From a virus (lineage: Duplodnaviria > Caudoviricetes): a stretch of 64,000 nt of DNA. Within the stretch, counting starts at the first letter, position 1; every line of letters starts with the position of its first letter. The stretch spans positions 1,449-65,448 of the IMG/VR virus record IMGVR_UViG_3300021478_000453; one strand, 5' to 3'. Positions 53,357 through 61,629 of the stretch are shown here, piece by piece. The notes beneath the pieces were generated by a model that was not told where the DNA came from, did not search any database, and saw nothing but the letters and a program-made list of their open reading frames with translations. Made by a program: the position numbers and the translations under genes.

Positions 53357-56300
53357 CTAGTAAACCTGCACCAGGCCGCCGACAGCGAAGGTCGGCTCGC
53401 GTCCCTCCGCTCGCGCCTTGTTGCGCTCCAACACCCGGCGCGCATTCAGCATGTGACGCAGCTCATTCTGCTCCAGCTCCTTGACCAGATCATCCTTCTC
53501 TGCCGGTTCAAGATCGGTGCGAGCATTGATCGCGTCGGTCTGCTTCTGTAGCCCCTTGCGCGCCTTCTCCGTGTTCTTGAACGCTTCCGCGGCTCCCATC
53601 CCCGGCCCTGGCGTCTTGCGCTGGACCGCCGCATCGACCTCTTTCTTTGCCTCATAGTAGAGCTGCTTGTCGGCTTGCGGCTTTGGCTCACCGTAGAAGC
53701 GGCGCGCGAACGGGAACTTCTCCGGCACCCACTCCTGCCCCTGGTAGAGACGCGTGCCTGAGTTCCACATGTTGAGAGCGAAGCGCCCGAGGCCGCCGCT
53801 CGCGTAGCCCATCAGATAATCGATGTTGCCCGGAGCGGTATCGAGCAGCCCGGGTGTCGTCTTGGTGCCACCGGATAGCTCGTTGAGCTGCTTGGCAAAG
53901 CCCTGAGAGAATTGTGAGGTGCTTCTGAAAGGGCGCCGCTCGGACTCCGGCAAGTGTTTGTTCCAAGGCATGGCGTCCGGTCTGATCGGCGTGCCGAACG
54001 GCCCGACATTGGTGTAGAGCTGGACGGCAGGCTTCAAGAGCGTCGGGAAGAAATGCGCCAAGCCCTGGTCTTGGCCTAGCGGATCGACAGCCTGCAGCAT
54101 GTTCCAGCCGATCGCACTTGCCGTTTTGCCGAGGCTCTGCTGATCCCACATCCAGCTGGCGAGGTGCTCGCCCATGCCGGCGAACATGCCGAACACGAAC
54201 GGCTTCGGGATCTTGGCGTAGCTGCCGCTCCCATCGGGAGACATCAGGATGAAATTGAGGTCCCGTTCCCATTCCGGGATCTTGGAATACTTCGACCGGC
54301 CGTCCTCGTCCGTGCCGCCAGCCATGATGTTATACATCGCGAGCGTCGCACCGCTCGCCGCCAGCCACGCTGCAGCCTTGCGCGCGCGAGGGCTCGTCTT
54401 GAGCGCCTGAGCTGATCGCACCGTTCCCTGCAAACCGGCATTGGCAAACATATACAGGCCGGAGAGCCATCTCGCTTGGCCTCTGCGGTTGAAGTTGACC
54501 GTGCTCTCCCGTGCCATGAAGGCGGCTTTCCCCTCGCTCAAGCCGGCATCAAGCGCGGCGATGTAGACCGCCAGACGTGTTCCGTTCTCAACGCCGGTAT
54601 TGGCGATATCGATAGCGTTGAGCGTCTTGTCCCTCCACTTCGCGAGCGTGTTGATGGTGCCGCCCTGCAGCCGTTGCAGCTGGCGTTGGACATCAGCGCC
54701 GGCTTCCTCCACCGTCCTCGCACCATAGAAGCCGATGCGACCGCCGGCTCGCTCGAACTCACGGAAATACTGCGCGTACTTGCCGCCGCCCGTGGGCCAC
54801 TGTCCGTGCATCGCCCCGTACATCGCGCCCGGGAGGTTCTTGATAAAGCTCGCGCTGAATTTCCGCTGGGTGTCGCCAGGCAGATTGATGAATGCCTCGC
54901 CAGCGTCGCGGATAAAGTTCGACAACATGAACTCGGGGTTCCAGGAGGTCGATAGCCTTGCCAGCAGGCGCGTCGTTCCACTAAGCGCGCGCATGACCAC
55001 GTTCTGTCGGGGCTCGTCCAGGCTCTTTAGAGCACGCACGATCTTCGCGCCGTAATCCTTGTCGCTGAACCAAACTGATTTCTCTACGCCGTTCTCCTTC
55101 CAAGTGAAGGCTTGGTTATCGCTGCGCCAGTTAGGTTTAATTCTCTCCTCAACTTGTCCTGTTTGCGTGTTGAGATATCTCTCCTTTGGACCTTGATTGT
55201 ATTGCCACAGATCAGGCTCAGGAGTGTTGCGGACGAACTCACCAAGCGTTTGCCCTACGCGGTTGTGCTCGCCGCGGATGATGGCGCGCTCCAGCTGATG
55301 CACGGCAAACTGAATCGGATTTTCTGCCGGCGTGAGCCGTCCGAACGCCTGCTTATATTCTTTGCCCCGCACCTCCAGGCCCTTGCCGACGCCTATCCAG
55401 CGCTCGCCGGTCTCGGTGTGGCGCAGGGGCACATAATCCGGCCAGCGTTGCCGCCACGCCGCCGCCATCTGTGGGCTAAGCAGCCCGTCCCGCACCTGCA
55501 TGTCGATGGTCGCGTCGATGAGCTTGCGCAGCGCAGTGTAGGCCGCATCGAAATTGCCTTGGCGCGGGCGAGCGGCTGCCAAGATGCTTTGCGCAGCGGC
55601 ATCACTCATGCCGGCCGGATCAGGAGAGAAGAGGTTGGGATTGATCCTGCGCAGGTCGCGATTGCGCTCCTGTGCATGCTTGGCCTTCGCATACTCGCCG
55701 ATCTCATCCCACGTCAGACCGTTGCCGTTAATCTCCTTGACCAGCGGCTCGATCAGATCGCGCTTGGCGTCGCGCATTCGCTTATCGATCTTGCCGTGAG
55801 ACAGCGCCTCCGCCTGATAGGTGTCCATGTTCTCGGGAAGCGGCTGACCGGGATTGTCGCGCAGCCACTGTTCTTGCATGCGCTTGATGCGCAGGAACTT
55901 GTCCTGGAGATACTCCCGGATCGCGGTCGGATTGATTTTGGTGCCACCGAGATAGCCGGCAATCTTGGAAAGCGTGGAATGATTGTGCAGGATCAGCTTA
56001 TCCGTGAGCACCTCGTCGGCAGCGTCGCGGATCAAAGGCTCGATTCCCGGTTCCCGTGGCTCGCCTTTCGGGCCGGTCGCTCTTTCATATCCCTTTTCTA
56101 GGATCGCTTCCTCAGTTCCAATCGGAAGTGGTTTGGTTTTAACGAGGCGCCCACTACGACCACGCTTACCCTCACGCCGTAGCTTGCTGACAGGACGTCC
56201 AAATATATCAAGTTGCGCGGCCTCATCGCCAAACAACCCGACGTCCATGGGCTTCTGCGGTGCTTTGGGCTTGAGCGGTGCTTCAGCTTTGCGCTGTAGC

Positions 56301-58465
56301 ATCCCCGCTACGTCGCGCTCAGTACCGGGGATGACCGCTTGCGGCTTGCCCTCAGCGCCGGGCTCGAACAAGCCACCAGGCTCCGCGGGCTTACGCGCCA
56401 TCGCTTGGCGCTTAGGTACGGCAGCTAGGCCTTCTTGCGGGATTTCTTTTCGAGGAGGTTCGCCAGCCTCGCGAGCGCGCGATGGTTCTGCGCGTGCCGC
56501 AGGAAGCGCTTCTTCCACACGGGGTCCTGCTCCCGGTTCGCCTGGCGCAGGCACCTCCTCGCCGCCTCTGCGCACTCCTGTGCGGTCCGCAAAATCCCGC
56601 TCCTCTCGTCTCACTACCGCCTGATCATAAGCCGCGACCGGATCAGTAGCCTCACCACGATAAAGCGAATCGGCCGCCTCGTACACCGCTTCGGGATCGA
56701 CGTCGGCATCGCGGAAGCCAGCCTCTTTCATGCTGTCACGGACGCGCTGAGCGTTGGCCTCCATCTCCGGGGCGCGCTCGTCAGCTCGCGGCGGCGCGGC
56801 AGCCGCTTCCTCACCCCTCGGGATTTGCCTGACGCCCCGGTTCTCGTTGTCGATCGCGTCTAGCAGGTCGCGGATGGTGGTGGTGCGCGGGACGTTCTGC
56901 TGCCAGAAGCCGGGGTCCTCGATGTAACGGCCCTCGACCGCGTTCTCCAGGATGCGATCGAGCGGCCTGCCATTCTCCCGGATGAGTGAGCCATAGCCGG
57001 GAATGAGCTTGTTCTTCTTGCCGATGATGGCACGCACGTCGGCGACCATCGGATCCTTGGCGCTGATGCCGCCGTTCATGGCGATGAACTGGAGGAGCGA
57101 TTGCGGCTGCTTCTCTTTCCTGGTCCTGCGCGCGAGCGGCTCTGCCGGCGCAGCGGGCGCTGCCGGCTCCTGCGCGCGAGGCCGCTCTGCCGGGGGCTCG
57201 GCAGGTCTCGCCTCCTCCGGTATGCGCTCGGTCACCCACGCCGGCGGCTCGCCTGTGATGTCATCGAAAAGCCCGGCGGGCCGCTCAGGAGGAGCGGCGC
57301 GCTCGGGTACACGGGGCTCCGCGGGAGCCACTGAAACCTCTGGCGGCGTCGGGGTCGGGGCCGACGGTGCCGGGGGCTCAGCTCGTGTCGGCTCCCGCGG
57401 AATCTCTGGTCTGACACGAGGCGCCGGCCCGCGCACCGCTTCTGGCGCTGCAGGCGGCTCGCCCTCGCCACCTCGAATCATCCAATCGAACAGGTCAGGA
57501 GGCACCCCCGGCGTCGGGGGTGGGGGGGCCCCAGCTTGGGGCGGCTCAGCTGGTGCAGCAGGTGTTTCACCAGGCTTTTGCGTCACCTCCTCCGCAGGAG
57601 GGGTAGGTGAAGCCGAAGGTGGCTCGGCAGGCGGCTCAGCTGGAGGTGCCTCCGGGACCTTGGCTTCACCCTTCAGCTTGTCTCGAACCGCTCGGATACC
57701 CCTGGTGACGCCCTTGGCTCCAATCACGGGAACCGCACCGGCAAGGCCCCCTAACAGGGCCTCCTCAATGCCCTCTGTCAGTGGCCTGCCGGCGAGGTAG
57801 TTCTGGATAACCAGCTCGCCGGCGCCGACGGTCGGCTGCAGCAGGACCTGCTTGAGAACCGTCAGCGGCACACCGAACGAGGCGCCCGTTGCAGCCGCCG
57901 ACACGCCGGAACTTTTCAGAGCCGCCCGGAGCGCCTGGTCCTCGGGCATCCCCGCATCCACGTTCTCGCGAAACCGCGGACCGTAATCGGTGACGAACTG
58001 CGACAGAGCACCCCCGCCGATCTCTCCCAGCAAACCGAAGGCAGCACCGCCGCTAACGGCACCGATCGCTGCCGGCGCGCTGCGTCCCAGCATGTAGCCG
58101 GCCCAGGACGGAAACTTTTCCCCGCTCGTCAGGGCCTCGGACGGCTTGATCTCCTCCACTCTGGGATCGCCGATCGTCTCCGTCGGCTCGGCCATCGGCT
58201 GCCCACGCAGCCGATTGAGCATGTCCTCGGCGGTCTCGGCACCGCCTCGCAGCGTGGTCCCGAGTCCCTGTATTACGGATTCCCCAAAGCCCGGGAGCGG
58301 GCGCTCAGGCGCTGCCTCGCCCTGGCGCACGAAGCGCGTCACGGGTGTCGAAGGTCCGCGCGGCGGCTCGGGCTCGGGTTCAGGCTGTGGCGCGGTGATA
58401 TCGTCAAAGAGGCCGCCACTCGGCTGACCTCCGGCGATATCGGAGAAGAGGCCGTCATCGGCCAT
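53357..58465 (-). CDS. large ejection/internal virion protein with LPD38-like C-terminus
   Basis: 1702 aa; NP.F...NFIRD, TVNFNRRG, LYMFANA..QG, IPEWERD.N.I, IPKPF, PFARRF. Confidence 0.75.
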   Translation of the reverse strand: MADDGLFSDIAGGQPSGGLFDDITAPQPEPEPEPPRGPSTPVTRFVRQGEAAPERPLPGFGESVIQGLGTTLRGGAETAEDMLNRLRGQPMAEPTETIGDPRVEEIKPSEALTSGEKFPSWAGYMLGRSAPAAIGAVSGGAAFGLLGEIGGGALSQFVTDYGPRFRENVDAGMPEDQALRAALKSSGVSAAATGASFGVPLTVLKQVLLQPTVGAGELVIQNYLAGRPLTEGIEEALLGGLAGAVPVIGAKGVTRGIRAVRDKLKGEAKVPEAPPAEPPAEPPSASPTPPAEEVTQKPGETPAAPAEPPQAGAPPPPTPGVPPDLFDWMIRGGEGEPPAAPEAVRGPAPRVRPEIPREPTRAEPPAPSAPTPTPPEVSVAPAEPRVPERAAPPERPAGLFDDITGEPPAWVTERIPEEARPAEPPAERPRAQEPAAPAAPAEPLARRTRKEKQPQSLLQFIAMNGGISAKDPMVADVRAIIGKKNKLIPGYGSLIRENGRPLDRILENAVEGRYIEDPGFWQQNVPRTTTIRDLLDAIDNENRGVRQIPRGEEAAAAPPRADERAPEMEANAQRVRDSMKEAGFRDADVDPEAVYEAADSLYRGEATDPVAAYDQAVVRREERDFADRTGVRRGGEEVPAPGEPGAGPRVEEALPAARAEPSRAREAGEPPRKEIPQEGLAAVPKRQAMARKPAEPGGLFEPGAEGKPQAVIPGTERDVAGMLQRKAEAPLKPKAPQKPMDVGLFGDEAAQLDIFGRPVSKLRREGKRGRSGRLVKTKPLPIGTEEAILEKGYERATGPKGEPREPGIEPLIRDAADEVLTDKLILHNHSTLSKIAGYLGGTKINPTAIREYLQDKFLRIKRMQEQWLRDNPGQPLPENMDTYQAEALSHGKIDKRMRDAKRDLIEPLVKEINGNGLTWDEIGEYAKAKHAQERNRDLRRINPNLFSPDPAGMSDAAAQSILAAARPRQGNFDAAYTALRKLIDATIDMQVRDGLLSPQMAAAWRQRWPDYVPLRHTETGERWIGVGKGLEVRGKEYKQAFGRLTPAENPIQFAVHQLERAIIRGEHNRVGQTLGEFVRNTPEPDLWQYNQGPKERYLNTQTGQVEERIKPNWRSDNQAFTWKENGVEKSVWFSDKDYGAKIVRALKSLDEPRQNVVMRALSGTTRLLARLSTSWNPEFMLSNFIRDAGEAFINLPGDTQRKFSASFIKNLPGAMYGAMHGQWPTGGGKYAQYFREFERAGGRIGFYGARTVEEAGADVQRQLQRLQGGTINTLAKWRDKTLNAIDIANTGVENGTRLAVYIAALDAGLSEGKAAFMARESTVNFNRRGQARWLSGLYMFANAGLQGTVRSAQALKTSPRARKAAAWLAASGATLAMYNIMAGGTDEDGRSKYSKIPEWERDLNFILMSPDGSGSYAKIPKPFVFGMFAGMGEHLASWMWDQQSLGKTASAIGWNMLQAVDPLGQDQGLAHFFPTLLKPAVQLYTNVGPFGTPIRPDAMPWNKHLPESERRPFRSTSQFSQGFAKQLNELSGGTKTTPGLLDTAPGNIDYLMGYASGGLGRFALNMWNSGTRLYQGQEWVPEKFPFARRFYGEPKPQADKQLYYEAKKEVDAAVQRKTPGPGMGAAEAFKNTEKARKGLQKQTDAINARTDLEPAEKDDLVKELEQNELRHMLNARRVLERNKARAEGREPTFAVGGLVQVY

Positions 58466-58469
58466 GACA

Positions 58470-60995
58470 TCACCGCGCTGGTGCAGCTGGTGCAGATTGC
58501 GAGATCAGGTCGCTGAAATCTATCTTCCATTGCTTCAGGCGGTCAAAGATCGCCTGCCGTTTCACCGGATCGTTCCCGACCTTGGCCAATGCAGCGCGGG
58601 CCTGTTCCTTGGCCTGCTGTGGGGAGGTGCCTGACGGGAGGGCCGAGGGCGGTGCCGGCGCGGGCGGGGCTGCGGGCGCGGGAGCCGCGGGAGCTTGCCG
58701 GGCGCCCCTCGCCCCGGTTTCAGGTACAGCCTCGTCGGGAGGAGGGGCGGTTGCTTCTGGGGCTGCCGCGGCACTACCTGTGATTTTTGTCCATTGACGC
58801 TCAAGCCAACCGGGCGAGGTATCCTTTTTCTTCGCGCTCGGTGTGGGTTTCTCAGGCACCTCCGGGAGCGGATAGTTCGTACCGTACCTCTTGTTGTACC
58901 GATCGATCTCCTCACGCGCCACGGTATCGCGGTCCAGCGTCGCATCGTTGGTGAGGCGCGTCTTGATCTGGCCCTCGATGTTGCGGATATCGGACCGTCG
59001 ATTGAGCCCCTCTTGAGTGACCGAGGTTCTGCCAGGCTGATTGAGCTTCATCTCTGCCCGCCTCATCCGGCCTTGTTCTTTCATCTCCTCGATCGATCGG
59101 CGCTCCTCGGCAGCCGCTTGGCCCTTCGTCTTGAGCCCCATGTTGACGATCTTGTTGCCAATGCGCCAGCTGCCATCCGGGAGCATCTGCGGCTTGGTAT
59201 CGAGCAGATCCTCTTTGCGCCGGCTCTCCACCGCGCCCGCCGCCGCGCTGATGCCAGCACCGATGCCGGCACCGAAATAGGGGCTGCGGCTCGCCAACAT
59301 CGCCGCGCCTGCTGCCGTCAGAGGATTGGTCGCCCAGCGCTCGGCAAAGTTCCGCGGGCGTTGCGCAAGACCGGGGATCGTCTGCACACTCGGCGCACCA
59401 ATCGTCCGCATGGTCGGCGCCAGGCTCGGTCGGGAGCCGGCTGGCGCAGCACCGACGTCAGACGGACCGCCGGCCGGTTCACCGCCGGCATCGCCGCTCG
59501 CCCCGACCACCGGCGGTATGACAGGTGCAGCAGCCGGTGCGGCAGGGGTCGCCGTTGGCGGTGCGGTAGCTGAAGCAGCCGGCATGGGAGCGACGCTATC
59601 CGTGTCGTCCGTGGTGTCGGTGTCGTCGGTCTCATCGTCATCGTCGGTGTCGCCACCGGCCTGGTAGGAGCGCACGACGCCGCCGCGCTCCAGAAGTCCG
59701 AACAGCGGGACCGCCTTCTTCGCGACATTGGCAGCGGCCTTGATCGCGCCAGCAATGCTGTTGTCCGGTTGCGTAGTGCTGCTCCGTCGTGCGTCCCTCA
59801 TTTGCTGCTGCAGCATCGTGCCGGCATCGGCGGGAGCTTGTGGCTTTGGCAGGTTGAGCTGGCCGATGTTGAAGCCGCGGTTCTGCTGCGGTTGTTGCTG
59901 CTGGCCGTCGGTATCGTCATCGCTGCCGACGTAGGTCCCGTCACCCAGGAAGCCGCCCGAGAGCATCCGCACCGGGCCGCCAAAGCGCAGCGGGATCACG
60001 AGACCGCCGGTGCGGTACATTGGGACAATGCCGCCGGTGCGCAGCCTCACCATCGGCACCGCACCGGCAAACCGCATCCGCGGGACCGGCACGAGACCGC
60101 CGACCTTGCGGCCCACAACGCCGCCATCCTTGCCGAACAGCGAGGTGCCCAGCCCCGCAAGCGACGTGGCGATGCCGGCCGCTTGCGTGATTGCATTCGG
60201 CGGCGGTGGCGTGGTGTAGCCCTGCGCGAACGAGCCCGTTAGCGGGCCCAGGCCGCCGAGCGCCGAGCCGTACCAATTTGCAATCTGGAACGGATAGGCG
60301 CTCGACATCATCGCGTTCTGCTGCGCGACGTCCAGCTCACGCTGCCCCTGCTGCTGCAGCATGTTGCCGTAGGTCATGCCGGCGCCCGCGCCGCTGATGC
60401 CGGCAAGCTCGCCTTGCAGACCAGCCTGCGCTCCGGTCAACCCCAGTTGCTTGAGCTGGTTGTACTCGTTGAGCGCTTGCCCGTAGCCAGCTTGATAGAG
60501 CCCGGCGATAACAGGGGCCTGCGCTTGCTGCTGCTGCCCGGCGAGCTGCGCCTGCGCAATGCCGGCACGGTCGCCGCCGAAGGCGTTGCCCGAGCGGATC
60601 GCGCCGCTGAGCAGATCGTTGCCCTGGATCGCGTTCTGATTGTTGAACCAATCTTGCGTCGCGTTCACCACGTCTTGGGTGAACGGCGATTCGATCGCCT
60701 GCACTTGGCTCGGATCGAACGTCCCCGCATTGGCACCTGCGGTGTTGAGGTTCTGGACGGCTGTCGGCAGATTGAGCGCCGTGCCGTACATCACGTTGCC
60801 GAGGTCGGTCTGATTTGCGTTGAGCGGCGCGACCTGGCCTTCCATCGCCGGATTGAACGGCGTCCCCGAAAGCCCCGCTGCTTGTTGCATGTACTGTTGG
60901 TAGTACGGCATCGCGAACGCGCTAGGCGACGATGCCGATTGGAAGGCGGTCGATGTTGCGTTTGGAACGGGAGGGCTGCCGCCCTTATTGCACAT
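58470..60995 (-). CDS. DNA ejection (transfer) protein
   Basis: Start MCNKGGS; Gln/Ala-rich SPFTQDVVNAT...GNAFGGDR; tandem GG-x-V motifs. Confidence 0.7.
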   Translation of the reverse strand: MCNKGGSPPVPNATSTAFQSASSPSAFAMPYYQQYMQQAAGLSGTPFNPAMEGQVAPLNANQTDLGNVMYGTALNLPTAVQNLNTAGANAGTFDPSQVQAIESPFTQDVVNATQDWFNNQNAIQGNDLLSGAIRSGNAFGGDRAGIAQAQLAGQQQQAQAPVIAGLYQAGYGQALNEYNQLKQLGLTGAQAGLQGELAGISGAGAGMTYGNMLQQQGQRELDVAQQNAMMSSAYPFQIANWYGSALGGLGPLTGSFAQGYTTPPPPNAITQAAGIATSLAGLGTSLFGKDGGVVGRKVGGLVPVPRMRFAGAVPMVRLRTGGIVPMYRTGGLVIPLRFGGPVRMLSGGFLGDGTYVGSDDDTDGQQQQPQQNRGFNIGQLNLPKPQAPADAGTMLQQQMRDARRSSTTQPDNSIAGAIKAAANVAKKAVPLFGLLERGGVVRSYQAGGDTDDDDETDDTDTTDDTDSVAPMPAASATAPPTATPAAPAAAPVIPPVVGASGDAGGEPAGGPSDVGAAPAGSRPSLAPTMRTIGAPSVQTIPGLAQRPRNFAERWATNPLTAAGAAMLASRSPYFGAGIGAGISAAAGAVESRRKEDLLDTKPQMLPDGSWRIGNKIVNMGLKTKGQAAAEERRSIEEMKEQGRMRRAEMKLNQPGRTSVTQEGLNRRSDIRNIEGQIKTRLTNDATLDRDTVAREEIDRYNKRYGTNYPLPEVPEKPTPSAKKKDTSPGWLERQWTKITGSAAAAPEATAPPPDEAVPETGARGARQAPAAPAPAAPPAPAPPSALPSGTSPQQAKEQARAALAKVGNDPVKRQAIFDRLKQWKIDFSDLISQSAPAAPAR

Positions 60996-61629
60996 CGCCG
61001 GTCTCCCGCTGGCTTGCGCGGATAACGGCCTCGACCACCGGAACAACACCCCTGTTGTACGGCGCCGGCATTCCGCGAACCTTTCGATTGACCTCTTCGA
61101 TCTTGAGCGCTGCGTCGCGATATTTCCAGGGCTGCAGCGGCGGCTCACCGTAAATGAAGTAGGCGCCGATGCAGGTCATGTGGCGCGCGTACAAGCGCAC
61201 CTTCGCCTCCGTCCGATCGAAGCTGTTGATGCCGGCCTGGAACACCATGTTCTTGCCGTTGCGCTTGAACCAGGCGTGCGCCCACTTGCCCTGCTCAAGC
61301 AGCCTGCGCGCGTAATCGCTCTGTCGATGGTGCGGATGGACAAAGTTCCAGCGCTCCAACAAATACTCGTCGTCGGAATACCAATCGCAAGCGATGCACA
61401 TCCCCAGCGTCGCGACGACATGGCTGTCTTTGTCGATGCAGAAGATGATGCCGCCCTTGCGCTCGGTCGCCCATTGGATGCCGGCGATCACCTTGTCCGG
61501 GTTGAGCCCGAACATCCCGTTCTCATGATGCAGCATGCGCAAGAGCGCAAAGATTTCGCCCTCGTCCACTTTGGTTGCGAGCCGCACGCCAGGCACGCCG
61601 CTGTCCATGTCGTAGAGCACTTTGCTCAT
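60985..61629 (-). CDS. GNAT-fold acetyltransferase-like protein
   Basis: VRLA...WYSDD..L.E.WNFVHP.HRQS..ARRLL; between ejection genes. Confidence 0.7.
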   Translation of the reverse strand: MSKVLYDMDSGVPGVRLATKVDEGEIFALLRMLHHENGMFGLNPDKVIAGIQWATERKGGIIFCIDKDSHVVATLGMCIACDWYSDDEYLLERWNFVHPHHRQSDYARRLLEQGKWAHAWFKRNGKNMVFQAGINSFDRTEAKVRLYARHMTCIGAYFIYGEPPLQPWKYRDAALKIEEVNRKVRGMPAPYNRGVVPVVEAVIRASQRETGDVQ

